64,000 nucleotides of DNA from Occultella glacieicola. GTDB lineage: Bacteria > Actinomycetota > Actinomycetes > Actinomycetales > Beutenbergiaceae. Shown here one piece after another: positions 38,920 to 48,644 of this stretch (its first letter is position 1; every line of letters begins with the position of its first letter). The DNA is taken from positions 124,001-188,000 of the forward strand of contig NZ_SMNA01000010.1 of assembly GCF_004353825.1 (NCBI RefSeq). Direction: 5' to 3'. The notes below the pieces were generated by a model. That model was given only the letters and a program-made list of their open reading frames with translations. It was not told where the DNA came from and did no database searches. The position numbers and the translations under genes were made by a program.

Positions 38920-39073
38920 CTCTCCGCTCACGAGGCTCGCTCGCCGCGAGCTCCCTCGCTCGGGGGAGATCTCCGGCCCGGCCGGGGGAGGGGGCCGCGC
39001 CGCGACCCCGGCAGCATGGGACGCAGGGATCGCCGGACGGCGGACCGCGCCACTTCTCGGCAGGAGACCGGTC

Positions 39074-39706
39074 ATGATGCAGACCCCGCCCACGCTCACC
39101 ACGAGAACAACCGCAGCTGGCCTGGCCGTGCCGCGGACCCGGTTCGCCGGCGCGGCGATGATGGCGGGCGCGGCCGTGTTCGCCGCCGCCGGGTACTTTG
39201 CCGGCGAGCCGTCCGGCACAGCGGCCTACACGGTCTCGAACGTGGCCGGCCTGATCGCCATCGCGTGCGTCCTGGTCGGGTTCGGCGGGTTCCGCCGCCG
39301 CTACCGGACCCTGCTGGGCCGACTCGGTGCTTGGGGCATCGGCCTGGTCCGCTTCGGCCTGCTGGCCACGGTCCTGGGCTATCTCGTGAACCTGGTCGGC
39401 CCGTTGCTGCCCGGACAGGCCGCGGCGGCCGTGGCGGTGGTCGGCATCCCGGCCTGGTCGCTGGCGCACCTGATGTACGTGGGCGCGACCGTGCTCGGCA
39501 TCGCCTGCCTGCGGTCCGGAGCCGTGCCGCGCCTCGTCGGGGTACCGCTGGTCTGCGGCCTGCCGCTGCTCCTCGCCGGGGTTGGCCTCGGCCTGGCCGT
39601 GGGAGGGACGGCCGCCACCGTCATCACCTGGATCGCCACCGAGGGGCAGGCCGGTCTCGCCTGGTTCCTGGTCGGCCTGCAGCTGAGCCGGCGCGCCGCG
39701 AACTAG
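39074..39706 (+). CDS. Hypothetical membrane protein (~6 TM)
   Basis: AGGAG RBS, multiple hydrophobic segments. Confidence 0.75.
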   Translation: MMQTPPTLTTRTTAAGLAVPRTRFAGAAMMAGAAVFAAAGYFAGEPSGTAAYTVSNVAGLIAIACVLVGFGGFRRRYRTLLGRLGAWGIGLVRFGLLATVLGYLVNLVGPLLPGQAAAAVAVVGIPAWSLAHLMYVGATVLGIACLRSGAVPRLVGVPLVCGLPLLLAGVGLGLAVGGTAATVITWIATEGQAGLAWFLVGLQLSRRAAN

Positions 39707-40542
39707 GGCGTCAGGCCGCCTACCCACGCTGCGACGAGCCGAGTCGTGGCCGTGGTCAGGAGGTGCCCGACATCCGGCACGGCCATGGCAGGGGGCAGTC
39801 CGACGCCCTCTCTGCGGAGGTGCTCCGGTGGGAGGAACGGGTCGTACCGGCCCGCGGCGATCTGGATCGGCGTTCCTACAACGTGTTCCAACACGTCCCG
39901 GGGCAGCGCGTGCGGCGCCAGCGACGTGTGGCTGTTCGCACCCACCAAGGTCATCCAGGAGATGAGCACCTCATCGACTGCTGCTCCGGGCGCACTCATG
40001 TGCGCCAGGAGCGTCCGAGTGGTCACGGTGTTCGGGCTGAGCATCCAGCGCAGGCTCGCCCACACGAGAGCCATCGGCACCCGAAGGCGGACCAGGCCCG
40101 CGGGTGAGATCAGGACCCGCCCGGCGATGTGCGGCGAATCAGCGGCCAGGGCGATTCCGCCACCGAGGGAGTGGCCCACCACGACCACCGGCGTTGCGAG
40201 TTCGCCCAGCAGCTCGCTCAGCCACGCGCCGAGGAAGAACAGTGGTGCGCTGTCGATCCGGAACGGGTGGCTCAGCCCGGGTTGCCCGGGGATGTCGGGG
40301 ACGATGACCCTGGAGGTCCGAGCGAGGAACTCGATCTCGTCGAGCATGGAGGCCGCACAGAAGTTCGTGCCGGGTAGGAACACGACGGTCGGCCCGTCGC
40401 TGCCGGCACTCAGGAGATGCGTCCGGCCCGCCTTCGTCTCGCGGGTCTCGCGCTGGTGCGGGTGCGACCAACTCTCGATGCGTTGCTCACACCAGGCCTG
40501 CACGCGGTGTTCGGCCTCGGTCGACTTGTAGATGTACTTCAC
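39703..40542 (-). CDS. Alpha/beta fold hydrolase
   Basis: PDIPGQPGLS, nucleophile GHSLGG, GRYD, VGH. Confidence 0.88.
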   Translation of the reverse strand: MKYIYKSTEAEHRVQAWCEQRIESWSHPHQRETRETKAGRTHLLSAGSDGPTVVFLPGTNFCAASMLDEIEFLARTSRVIVPDIPGQPGLSHPFRIDSAPLFFLGAWLSELLGELATPVVVVGHSLGGGIALAADSPHIAGRVLISPAGLVRLRVPMALVWASLRWMLSPNTVTTRTLLAHMSAPGAAVDEVLISWMTLVGANSHTSLAPHALPRDVLEHVVGTPIQIAAGRYDPFLPPEHLRREGVGLPPAMAVPDVGHLLTTATTRLVAAWVGGLTP

Positions 40543-41795
40543 GACCGTCCCCCTGCCTCGTCCGAGCCGATGAAGGCGTCGATGTCGTCGGCGACGCCAT
40601 CGCGGTTCATGTCAGGCTCCCGCGCGCGGCGCGCATCCCAGCGCAGCGAGATTGCGGCGAGGACCGCGGCGATGAGCGAAGCGAGCAGGATCGCCACCTT
40701 TGCCCCGGCGAGATCCGCACCCCCAGGAAAGGACAACTCGGCAACGAGCAGCGCAACGGTGAACCCGATTCCCGTCAACAATCCGACGCCCACCAGATCA
40801 CGCACGCCGATCCCCTGGGGCAGTCGGAATCGCGTGAACCGGGTGATCAGAGCCGCGACGCCCAGGACTCCGATGACCTTGCCGGCCACGAGGCCGACCA
40901 CGATGCCGATCACGATCGGTGAACTCAGAATGTCCCCGACATCGGTACCGACCACCGTGACTCCGGCCGAGAAGAACGCGAACATCGGCAAGGCGATACC
41001 GGCGGAGATCGGACGAACCCGATGCTCGTAGGCGACCGTGCGGGGCACCGGTTCACCATGTACCGCTGTGGCCGGGACGCAGAAGCCCAAGAGGACACCC
41101 GCAACCGTCGCGTGCACACCCGACTCATGCATGAACCACCAGGCCACCAGCGCGACCGGAATCAAGAACCACACTCGCGCGAACCGTGAGGTCACCAGCA
41201 GTCGGAACACGATCAGGCTCGCCACGACGGCCGCGAGCGGGGCGAGGCGCACGGTATCGGTGTAGAACACGGCGATCACGACGATCGCCAGCAGGTCATC
41301 CACCACGGCCAACGTCAGCAGGAAGGTCCGCAGCGCGAGCGGGAGGCCACGCCCGAAGACTGCCAGCACGGCGAGAGCGAACGCGATGTCAGTAGCCGTC
41401 GGGATCGCCCACCCCGCCAGCGCAGCGGGCTCACCCATGACCGATGCCACGAGCACGTAGAACACCGCCGGCACGGCCATCCCGCCGAGGGCCGCGAGCA
41501 TCGGGACTGCCGCCTCACGCGGATTCGAGAGTGACCCCGCGCGGAACTCGTGCTTGAGTTCGACGCCCACGACGAAGAAGAACACAGCGAGCAGGCCGTC
41601 CGCGGCCCACGCCCCCAACGAGAGGTCCAAGTGCAGCGCGCTGGGGCCGACCTGCAGCGCGACGAGTTCCGCGTACCCCTCGCGCCATGGCGAGTTCGCC
41701 CAGACCAGCGCGACCATCGCTGCGGCCAGCAAGATGGCCCCGCTGGCTGCTTCTCCCGTGATCCACGTACGCAACCGCACCCTGGCATGCGTCAT
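40539..41795 (-). CDS. nhaA: Na+/H+ antiporter NhaA
   Basis: DGLLAVFFFVVGVELK, GWAIPTATDIAFA, LAVVDD, SGVHAT, GIGFTVAL. Confidence 0.96.
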   Translation of the reverse strand: MTHARVRLRTWITGEAASGAILLAAAMVALVWANSPWREGYAELVALQVGPSALHLDLSLGAWAADGLLAVFFFVVGVELKHEFRAGSLSNPREAAVPMLAALGGMAVPAVFYVLVASVMGEPAALAGWAIPTATDIAFALAVLAVFGRGLPLALRTFLLTLAVVDDLLAIVVIAVFYTDTVRLAPLAAVVASLIVFRLLVTSRFARVWFLIPVALVAWWFMHESGVHATVAGVLLGFCVPATAVHGEPVPRTVAYEHRVRPISAGIALPMFAFFSAGVTVVGTDVGDILSSPIVIGIVVGLVAGKVIGVLGVAALITRFTRFRLPQGIGVRDLVGVGLLTGIGFTVALLVAELSFPGGADLAGAKVAILLASLIAAVLAAISLRWDARRAREPDMNRDGVADDIDAFIGSDEAGGRS

Positions 41796-42014
41796 TCCAC
41801 CCACAAGTGTCCCTTCAACCCGATCAACGAACCGTGCACAAACGCACTCGCCGACCAGACTTCCCGGCACACCAGCAACCACTGTAGACCCCGCGTGACC
41901 GCACACAAGAACACTGACGCTCGGGCAGCGCGACCCGCGGCGCGCCGCATCGATGCGGCGCGCGTCAGTCCGAGGGGAACGGAGGCCCCCGCCGGAACGG
42001 ATGCCCCCAATGGG

Positions 42015-42812
42015 TTAGCGGTCGCGTGCCGCCAGTGCCGCGGCGCCGACGATGCCGGCGGTGTTGCGCAGCTTCGCGGGCACGATCGGTGCGCGGAGGT
42101 TCAGGAGCGGCAGGAACTTCTCGTGGTCCTTGGACACCCCGCCGCCGACGATGAACAGGTCGGGGGAGAACAGGAACTCCACGTGGGCGAAGTAGCGCTG
42201 CAGCCGCTCGGCCCACTCGGGGTAACTCAGGTCCTCCCTCTCCTTGACGGAGGAGGCGGCGCGGGTCTCGGCGTCGTATCCGTCGAGCTCGAGGTGGCCG
42301 AGCTCGAAGTTCGGGACCAGGACCCCGTCGTGGATGAGGGCGCTGCCGATGCCCGTGCCGAGCGTCATGACCAGGACCGTGCCGTCCTGGCCGAGGCCGG
42401 CGCCGTAGCGGGCCTCGGCGTAGCCGGCGGCGTCGGCGTCGTTGACCACGTGCGCGTCCCGGCCGGTGTACTTGCGGGCGATATCGGCGACGTTCGTGCC
42501 GATCCAGCGCTTGTCCATGTTCGCCGAGGTGATCGTGACGTCGTGCAGGATCACGCCGGGGAACGTCAGCCCGACCGGGGTCTCCTTGGGCAGATCCTCG
42601 AAGTGCTCGACGACCTTGCCGAGCACCTCGCCGACCGCCTCCGGGCTGGACTCCACGGGGGTGTCCAGCCGGAACCGCTTGGACAGGAGCTCCCCGGTGC
42701 GTAGATGCACCGGTGCCGCCTTGATGCCGGAGCCGCCGATGTCGATCCCGAACCCGACGTCGTTCGGGTGCACGTCGGCGAGGGTCAGATCACTCACGTT
42801 CTTCTTGGCCAT
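42015..42812 (-). CDS. ppgK: Polyphosphate glucokinase
   Basis: [46 protein letters not shown]. Confidence 0.93.
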   Translation of the reverse strand: MAKKNVSDLTLADVHPNDVGFGIDIGGSGIKAAPVHLRTGELLSKRFRLDTPVESSPEAVGEVLGKVVEHFEDLPKETPVGLTFPGVILHDVTITSANMDKRWIGTNVADIARKYTGRDAHVVNDADAAGYAEARYGAGLGQDGTVLVMTLGTGIGSALIHDGVLVPNFELGHLELDGYDAETRAASSVKEREDLSYPEWAERLQRYFAHVEFLFSPDLFIVGGGVSKDHEKFLPLLNLRAPIVPAKLRNTAGIVGAAALAARDR

Positions 42813-42944
42813 GGCAGTCGGAGTCTCCGCTTCGAGGGGGTCGGCGCCGGCCCCCGCGGGCGAGGTGGCGACATCGGGCACGAGTCTAGAGGCGACACCG
42901 ACCCTCGCGGTACGTGCCACAATCGACGCTGGCGAAAGGAATCG

Positions 42945-43178
42945 ATGATGTCTGAGAGCGCTCCGCCGGAGAAGACGTTCTACTACAATCTGGAAACCGG
43001 AGCCGTCGAAGAGGGTCTGGTCAGCGACTGGAACTCACGGATGGGGCCCTACGCCACGCGCGAGGAAGCCGCCAAGGCGTTGGAGACGGCGCGGCTCCGG
43101 AACGCGAAGTGGGAGGACGAGGACCGGGCCTGGCGCGACAGCGACGATCCCGGTGCCCGGGACGAGCAGGACGAGTAG
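42945..43178 (+). CDS. Small conserved actinobacterial protein (SPOR-like)
   Basis: FYYNLETGAVEEG...MGPYATREEAAKAL...RNAKWEDED; AAAGGA RBS. Confidence 0.82.
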   Translation: MMSESAPPEKTFYYNLETGAVEEGLVSDWNSRMGPYATREEAAKALETARLRNAKWEDEDRAWRDSDDPGARDEQDE

Positions 43179-43272
43179 CACAGCAGAACAGGACGAACGA
43201 GCAGGACCGGTCGAGCCGGCCGGTCCCCGAGATGGCCGCGCGCCTGCGTGGCCGCACGGCGGAAGAAGCGAG

Positions 43273-44091
43273 ATGCGGACGAGTTCACCCAGACGTCGGG
43301 GGACCCTGGTCGGCGCCGCCCTGGCGGGCGCTCTCGCATTGGCGATCACCGCCGTCGGGCCTGCCGCCGCCGACACCGACGACGACGATGTCGTCGTGAA
43401 GGTCAAGGCGCACACCACCAGGACCCCGCTGCTCGGCTGGACCATCGGCCTCGACCCTGGCCACAACGGCGGCAACGCCTCGCACGTGCTGGAGATCAAC
43501 GAACAGGTCCCGGACGGCCGCGGCGGCTGGAAGCAGTGCAACACCACCGGCACCACCGCGCTGAGCGGGTACGCCGAGCACGAGTTCAACTTCGACGTGG
43601 CGGTGCGCACCCGGGCGGCCCTCGAGGACCTCGGTGCGACCGTGGTGATGACCCGCGAGAGCGACGACGGCGTGGGCCCGTGCGTGGACGTGCGCGGCCG
43701 GTTCGCCGAGGACAACGACGTGGACCTGATGCTCTCGATCCACGCGGACGGCTCCGCCGATCCCGCGATCGCGGGCTTCTTCGCGATCGTCGCCGACCCG
43801 CCGCTGTCGGAGTCGCAGGGGCAGCCGAGCCTCGAGCTCGCCCAGACGATGATCACCGCGCTCAGCGACGGCGGCTTCACCCCGAGCACGATCTACGAGG
43901 AGGCGCTCTCCCAGCGGGCCGACCTCGCCACCCTGAACTTCGCCCGCCGGCCCGCCGTGATGCTGGAGCTGGGGGAGATGCGCAACCCGGCCGAGTCGGA
44001 CCTGATGAGCAGCGAGGCGGGCCGCCAGGCCTACGCGGACGCGCTCGTCGACGGCGTGCTCGACTGGGCCGGGCCGCACGACCCGCAGTAG
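43273..44091 (+). CDS. N-acetylmuramoyl-L-alanine amidase (Amidase_3), secreted
   Basis: Signal peptide, LDPGHNG, EHEFN, SIHADG, ELGEMRN. Confidence 0.92.
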   Translation: MRTSSPRRRGTLVGAALAGALALAITAVGPAAADTDDDDVVVKVKAHTTRTPLLGWTIGLDPGHNGGNASHVLEINEQVPDGRGGWKQCNTTGTTALSGYAEHEFNFDVAVRTRAALEDLGATVVMTRESDDGVGPCVDVRGRFAEDNDVDLMLSIHADGSADPAIAGFFAIVADPPLSESQGQPSLELAQTMITALSDGGFTPSTIYEEALSQRADLATLNFARRPAVMLELGEMRNPAESDLMSSEAGRQAYADALVDGVLDWAGPHDPQ

Positions 44092-44161
44092 GGAGGAGCG
44101 GGCGGCGCCGAGCCAGACGCCATTCGCGGCGCTCGTCCCGCCACTGCGCCTCCTGCAAGGC

Positions 44162-44175
44162 GCTTCCGCGGAAGC
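44162..44175. repeat. Dispersed palindrome GCTTCCGCGGAAGC (also 45767-45780, 47376-47389, 61973-61986)
   Basis: Four exact intergenic copies downstream of gene ends. Confidence 0.7.
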
Positions 44176-44311
44176 ACATGGGTCAGTCCGGTACGCCCGA
44201 GGAAGGCCGGCAGGGAGGACTTGTTCGGGCGTGACGTTCGGCGCCAAGGGAGGCAAGGCCGATGCCCGACGGCGGGGCTACTTCGGGTGCATCTGCTGAA
44301 CCGATCCCGCG

Positions 44312-44477
44312 TTGACGCCACTCCGGTGCCGGTCTACCCTCGGTGCAGCGCGAGCGGGATCGCGCCGAGACTCGCCGGAAGGCTCGAAGCCACCCCGATG
44401 ACGTGGGTGAGTTGTCTTCAGACACCTACCGATGCTCGGCCCGTGCGAGTCCGGGCGACGAGCGAGGTGTTTCCGAC
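44312..44477 (+). promoter_or_regulatory. Promoter TTGACG-N17-TACCCT and structured ~130-nt 5' leader
   Basis: -35 at 44312-44317, -10 at 44335-44340; four hairpins plus a 7-bp long-range pairing; SD GAGGTG at 44464-44469. Confidence 0.7.
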
Positions 44478-45686
44478 ATGAAGATCCTTCCCGACTCCCC
44501 GAACCTCGACCACCTGCGCCGCCAGGCCAAGGACCTCCTGGCCGGCCTGCGCGACGGCGAACCGACGGCGTCGCTCGCCGACGCCCAGGCCGCGCTCGCG
44601 CAGCAGTACGGGTTCCGCACCTGGCCGGACCTCAAGGCGGAGGTCGAGCACCGGCGCGGCTCCGAGGAGGTCGCACCGTCCTCCCTGGCAGCGGCGCTCG
44701 CCGAGCGCTACGACCTCGGCACCGTGACGGCGCCGATGCGTTCGGTGCAACGCTCCGACGACCTCGGCCGCCGCTGGGCACTCGACACCGACCGCGGCCG
44801 CTGGTCGGTGAGCTCGGTGGAGAGCTGGTGGCCGATCGTCGATGCCGACCGCGACGTCGAGCTCCAGGAGGCTGCCGCGGCGGCCGGTGTGCAGCTCCCG
44901 CTCCCGATGCGCGGACCGGCGGGCGCCGTCGTCGAGGAGATCGACGGCGTGCCGTGGCGGGTCACCCGGTGGCGGCACTCCGGTGCGCCGCTCGGCGCAC
45001 CGGTGGCGGCACGGTTCACCTCCAAGGTCGGTGCCATCCTGGCGACGATCCACGGCCTCGGGTTCGAGGTCGACCGCATCAGCCCGTGGCACGCGGCGCG
45101 GTTCTCGGACGAGCCGTGGGCGCAGGTCGCGGTTCGGGTTCGCGCGGCCGGTGTGCCGTGGGCGGATGCGTTCAACGCGGCCACCCAAGAGCTCGAGCAC
45201 CTCGCGGATCTGGGCTCGGCGCCGGTCGACCCCTCGACGGCGGTCCTCACGCACAACTCGCTGGGCCCGGCGAAGGTGCGGCGTGAGCACGGCGGAGGTC
45301 TCGTCGTCGTCGGCTGGGAGCATGCGGGTGGTCAGCCTCCCGCATGGGAGCTTGCCGACGTGCTCGCGACCTGGACGATCGACCCGAGCGGGGCGGTCAA
45401 CGTCACCGGCGCGCGGGCGCTGGTCGAGGGGTACGCCGCCGTGGCCGACGGCGTCCCGCGCCTCGACGAGGCGGCGTTCCGCGGGTTCGCGATGAGCATG
45501 TGCAACTACGTGGCCGGCCAGGTGGACGCCGCGCTCGACGCCGATAGGGCGGCGACGACCACGCCGGGGCGCGGGGAGGTGGCCGAGCGCGACTTCACCG
45601 CGCGCAGCGTCACGCACCTCCTGACGCATCTGCCCCGCCGGAGCGCGTTCGCGCAGCTGCTCGAAGCGACCACGCTGGTGCGCTGA
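44478..45686 (+). CDS. Small helical N-terminal domain fused to APH-like phosphotransferase fold with degenerate active site
   Basis: LPDSPNLDHLRRQAKDLL...AQQYGFRTWPDLK; GAILATIH, LTHNSLGPAKV, VVVGWEHAG. Confidence 0.8.
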   Translation: MKILPDSPNLDHLRRQAKDLLAGLRDGEPTASLADAQAALAQQYGFRTWPDLKAEVEHRRGSEEVAPSSLAAALAERYDLGTVTAPMRSVQRSDDLGRRWALDTDRGRWSVSSVESWWPIVDADRDVELQEAAAAAGVQLPLPMRGPAGAVVEEIDGVPWRVTRWRHSGAPLGAPVAARFTSKVGAILATIHGLGFEVDRISPWHAARFSDEPWAQVAVRVRAAGVPWADAFNAATQELEHLADLGSAPVDPSTAVLTHNSLGPAKVRREHGGGLVVVGWEHAGGQPPAWELADVLATWTIDPSGAVNVTGARALVEGYAAVADGVPRLDEAAFRGFAMSMCNYVAGQVDAALDADRAATTTPGRGEVAERDFTARSVTHLLTHLPRRSAFAQLLEATTLVR

Positions 45687-45815
45687 ACCCCGCACCGGCG
45701 CACGGTCCGAGGCCGCGCTCGCGCCGGCGGGCCGCGCTTCGGAGGAAGCGCGGCCCGTCGCCGGACGCTTCCGCGGAAGCGGCTCCTGGACTACCGACCG
45801 GGTCGGGTGCTCCGG

Positions 45816-46793
45816 TCAGTCGCCGCCCGGGCGCTCGTAGTGCGCACTCACCGCCGCTGCCCGGCTGCGGAGAGACGCCCGCACCGACGCCGGGGCGAGC
45901 GCCTCGACGTCCGCGCCGAGCTGCCACAACGCCCACTCGGCGTGCCAGGCGTCCTGGTAGCTCACCTCGAGCCGGAGCCAGCCGCCCGGCTCAGGCTCCT
46001 CGGCGCGGACCGCCACCGCGGACTTCAGCAGGTCGTCACGCCGGGCCGGGTCCACCCGGACGAGCACGTTGATGTGAGCGCCGGACAGGAACTGCGCGCA
46101 CCGCTCCCGCCAGACCCGCTCCAGGTCCACGTCGGCCGGCCGTTCCGCGGGCTCGGGCAACTGCTCGGCGGCCACCATCCGGGACAGCCGGTAGGTGCGG
46201 TTCTCCCCGGACCTCATCGCCAGCAGGTAGGCCCGGTCGCGGACGGTCACCAGCCCGATGGGGTCAATCGTGCGCCAGGTCGCCTCCTGCCCGGCGGCGG
46301 CGTAGTGGATGCGGAGCTTGTGCCCGGTGAGCACGGCCCGCCGCACCTGCGCCATCGTGTCCCGGGAGACCTCCTCGGTGACCAGCGGGCGGGAGAGCAG
46401 GTCCGTCTCCGGTTCGACGAGGAAGCGCTGCGCCGCGTCGGTCATGGTGGTCCGGTGGCCCTCGGGAAGTGCGTCGGCCACCTTCCGCACGGCCGAGGCG
46501 AGGGCCGAGCCGAGACCGAAGACCTGGGCACCGCGCGCGGAGCCGGCGGCCAGCAGCGCCAGCGCCTCGTCGTGGTTCAGCCCGGTCAGTTCGGTGCGGA
46601 AACCCGGTAGCAGGGCGAACCCGCCCTGGCGGCCGCGTTCGGCGTAGACCGGTACCCCGGCCGCCGAGAGCGCCTCGATGTCCCGCAGCACCGTGCGGGT
46701 GGAGACCTCGAGTTCGCGCGCGAGCGTCTCCGCGTTCAGCCGGCCGCGCTGGCGCAGCAGCAGCACCAGGGAGACCAACCGGTCGGCGCGCAT
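45816..46793 (-). CDS. HTH + WYL domain transcriptional regulator (YafY-like)
   Basis: MRADRL, LARELEVSTRTVLRDIEAL, DPIGLV, AYL, RTYRLSR. Confidence 0.94.
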   Translation of the reverse strand: MRADRLVSLVLLLRQRGRLNAETLARELEVSTRTVLRDIEALSAAGVPVYAERGRQGGFALLPGFRTELTGLNHDEALALLAAGSARGAQVFGLGSALASAVRKVADALPEGHRTTMTDAAQRFLVEPETDLLSRPLVTEEVSRDTMAQVRRAVLTGHKLRIHYAAAGQEATWRTIDPIGLVTVRDRAYLLAMRSGENRTYRLSRMVAAEQLPEPAERPADVDLERVWRERCAQFLSGAHINVLVRVDPARRDDLLKSAVAVRAEEPEPGGWLRLEVSYQDAWHAEWALWQLGADVEALAPASVRASLRSRAAAVSAHYERPGGD

Positions 46794-46810
46794 TCTCCAA
46801 CGGTATCCGG

Positions 46811-46835
46811 ATACATGACGGAAGATGTCGTGTAT
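46811..46835. promoter_or_regulatory. Palindrome ATACATGAC-N7-GTCGTGTAT, probable operator of the WYL regulator
   Basis: 9-bp arms with one mismatch between divergent genes. Confidence 0.65.
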
Positions 46836-46918
46836 TACCGGCAGAGTGACGATCACGGCGTCGAGGACGCGGGCCGACCGGCCGGCGGGGCGGCGCACAG
46901 GATCGAACGGAGCAGAAC

Positions 46919-47320
46919 ATGGTGTTGGAGCGAACGGCGGTCAACCCGTCGACGTGGTCGTTGGAGATCGGCTACAACCAGGGCGAGGTCGTCACCGGGC
47001 ACACTCGGACCCTGTACCTCGCCGGCCAGACGGCGATGAGCAGCGAGGGCCAGCCACTCCACGAGGGCGACATCGGGGCCCAGCTGGAGCTGAGCCTGGA
47101 CAACGTCGAGGCGACCCTCACCGAGGCGGGCATGACCTTCGCGAACCTCATCCGGCTCACGATCTACACCACGGACGTCGACGCCCTGCTCCCACACTTC
47201 GGCGTGCTCGGGGCACGGCTCGGCGCCGTCGGTGCCGCGCCCCCGATGACGGTGCTGGAGATCTCCCGGCTGGTGATCCCCGGCCAGCTGGTCGAACTCG
47301 AGGGCACCGCCGTGGCGTGA
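46919..47320 (+). CDS. RidA/YjgF family protein
   Basis: LYLAGQT, LDNVEATLTEAG, VELEGTA. Confidence 0.9.
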   Translation: MVLERTAVNPSTWSLEIGYNQGEVVTGHTRTLYLAGQTAMSSEGQPLHEGDIGAQLELSLDNVEATLTEAGMTFANLIRLTIYTTDVDALLPHFGVLGARLGAVGAAPPMTVLEISRLVIPGQLVELEGTAVA

Positions 47321-47648
47321 AGCTACGTCTCGCCCGACGATGAGGACCCGGTGCTTCCGCGGGGCGGGCGCCGGCGCTTCCGCGGAAGCGCCGGGTGCCA
47401 CGTCCCCGCCGCCCGACCAAGGCCTGCCGAGATCCCCTCCCACGGGGCACCTCGGTGGAGCGCTGGGAGGGCCGGATCGGCGGCCTCCTGCACGACCTCG
47501 GCCGGCGCACCGAGGGCGGCTCCTACGAGCGGCCGTTCCGGTACGTTTGCGGGCGGTGGTCCGCTGGTGACTGGGGCAGTCGATGCCCGACGGCGGGGCT
47601 GGTTCGGGTGGGCGGCGTCGCCTTGCGCATCCGGGAGAGGTGGGCTCG

Positions 47649-48524
47649 ATGCGGGTACTGCGACCGGGGCAGCGTGCGGAACTGTTCATCGTCGATGTCG
47701 AGACCGGTGAACGGCGGCTCGTGTACGAGAGTTCCGCGCTGCTGTTCGAGGCCCCGAACTGGACGCCGGACGGCAAGCACCTGCTCGTCAATGCCGAGGG
47801 TCTCCTGTACCGGCTCCCGATCGACGGCGGACACCTCGCGGAGATCCCGCTCGGGGGGATCCCGCCGATCAACAACGACCACGTGCTCAGCCCCGACGGC
47901 GAGACCGTGTACGTCTCGGCCGACGACGGTCACCTCTACGCGATCCCGTTCGCGACCGGCCTGCCGCGCCGGGTCTCGAACGACCACGGCGACGACTTTC
48001 GCCATTTCCTGCACGGTGTATCCCCGGACGGGGAGACCCTCGCCTACATCGGCTTGCGCACCGAGGCCGGCGGCGCCGTCACCACGAATGTGTTCACTCT
48101 CCCCGTCTCGGGCGGCGAGGACACCCAGCTGACCGACGACCCGTTCCCGAATGACGGGTCCGAGTACAGCACGGACGGCAGGTTGATCTACTTCAACTCC
48201 GAGCGAGCCTCCGCCAACCCGGGACACGCGCAACTGTTCCGAATGTCCACGGACGGCTCCAGCGTCGAGCAGCTGACCCACGACGAACGGGTCAACTGGT
48301 TCCCACACGTGTCCCCGGACGGTGAGCGCATCGTGTACGTCAGCTTTCCGCCCGGCACGATCGGGCATCCGGCTGACCACGACGTCATCATCCGCCTCAT
48401 CGAGCCGGACGGCGCCGTGCGCGACCTGGTCTCGCTCTTCGGTGGCCAGGGCACGATGAACGTCCCGAGCTGGTCACCCGACAGCAGGCAGGTCGCGTAC
48501 GCCGCCTATCCGTTGCGTTCCTAG
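47649..48524 (+). CDS. TolB-like beta-propeller (PD40 repeat) protein
   Basis: EAPNWTPDG, NNDHVLSPDG, HGVSPDG, NWFPHVSPDG, SWSPDS. Confidence 0.9.
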   Translation: MRVLRPGQRAELFIVDVETGERRLVYESSALLFEAPNWTPDGKHLLVNAEGLLYRLPIDGGHLAEIPLGGIPPINNDHVLSPDGETVYVSADDGHLYAIPFATGLPRRVSNDHGDDFRHFLHGVSPDGETLAYIGLRTEAGGAVTTNVFTLPVSGGEDTQLTDDPFPNDGSEYSTDGRLIYFNSERASANPGHAQLFRMSTDGSSVEQLTHDERVNWFPHVSPDGERIVYVSFPPGTIGHPADHDVIIRLIEPDGAVRDLVSLFGGQGTMNVPSWSPDSRQVAYAAYPLRS

Positions 48525-48527
48525 CCC

Positions 48528-48644
48528 GAGCGGCGCCAACGCATGGAGGCATTCGGGCGTTCGTTCAAGACGGCGGACGAGTCGGACTGGCATGAGTGCC
48601 GGTCCTGGGACGGGACGCTCGACGACGGCCGAGCCAGTGACTGA
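48528..48644 (+). pseudogene. 5'-truncated antitoxin remnant
   Basis: ERRQRMEAFG...WDGTLDDG; overlaps toxin start; N-terminus absent. Confidence 0.55.

Noticed and set aside
45816..46793. WYL protein as a marker of an anti-phage defence island
   Set aside because: YafY-type architecture with a divergent small enzyme; no defence genes nearby
47430..47570. Fragment VERWEGRIGGLLHDLGRRTEGGSYERPFRYVCGR
   Set aside because: Possibly a gene-tail remnant, but the family cannot be supported
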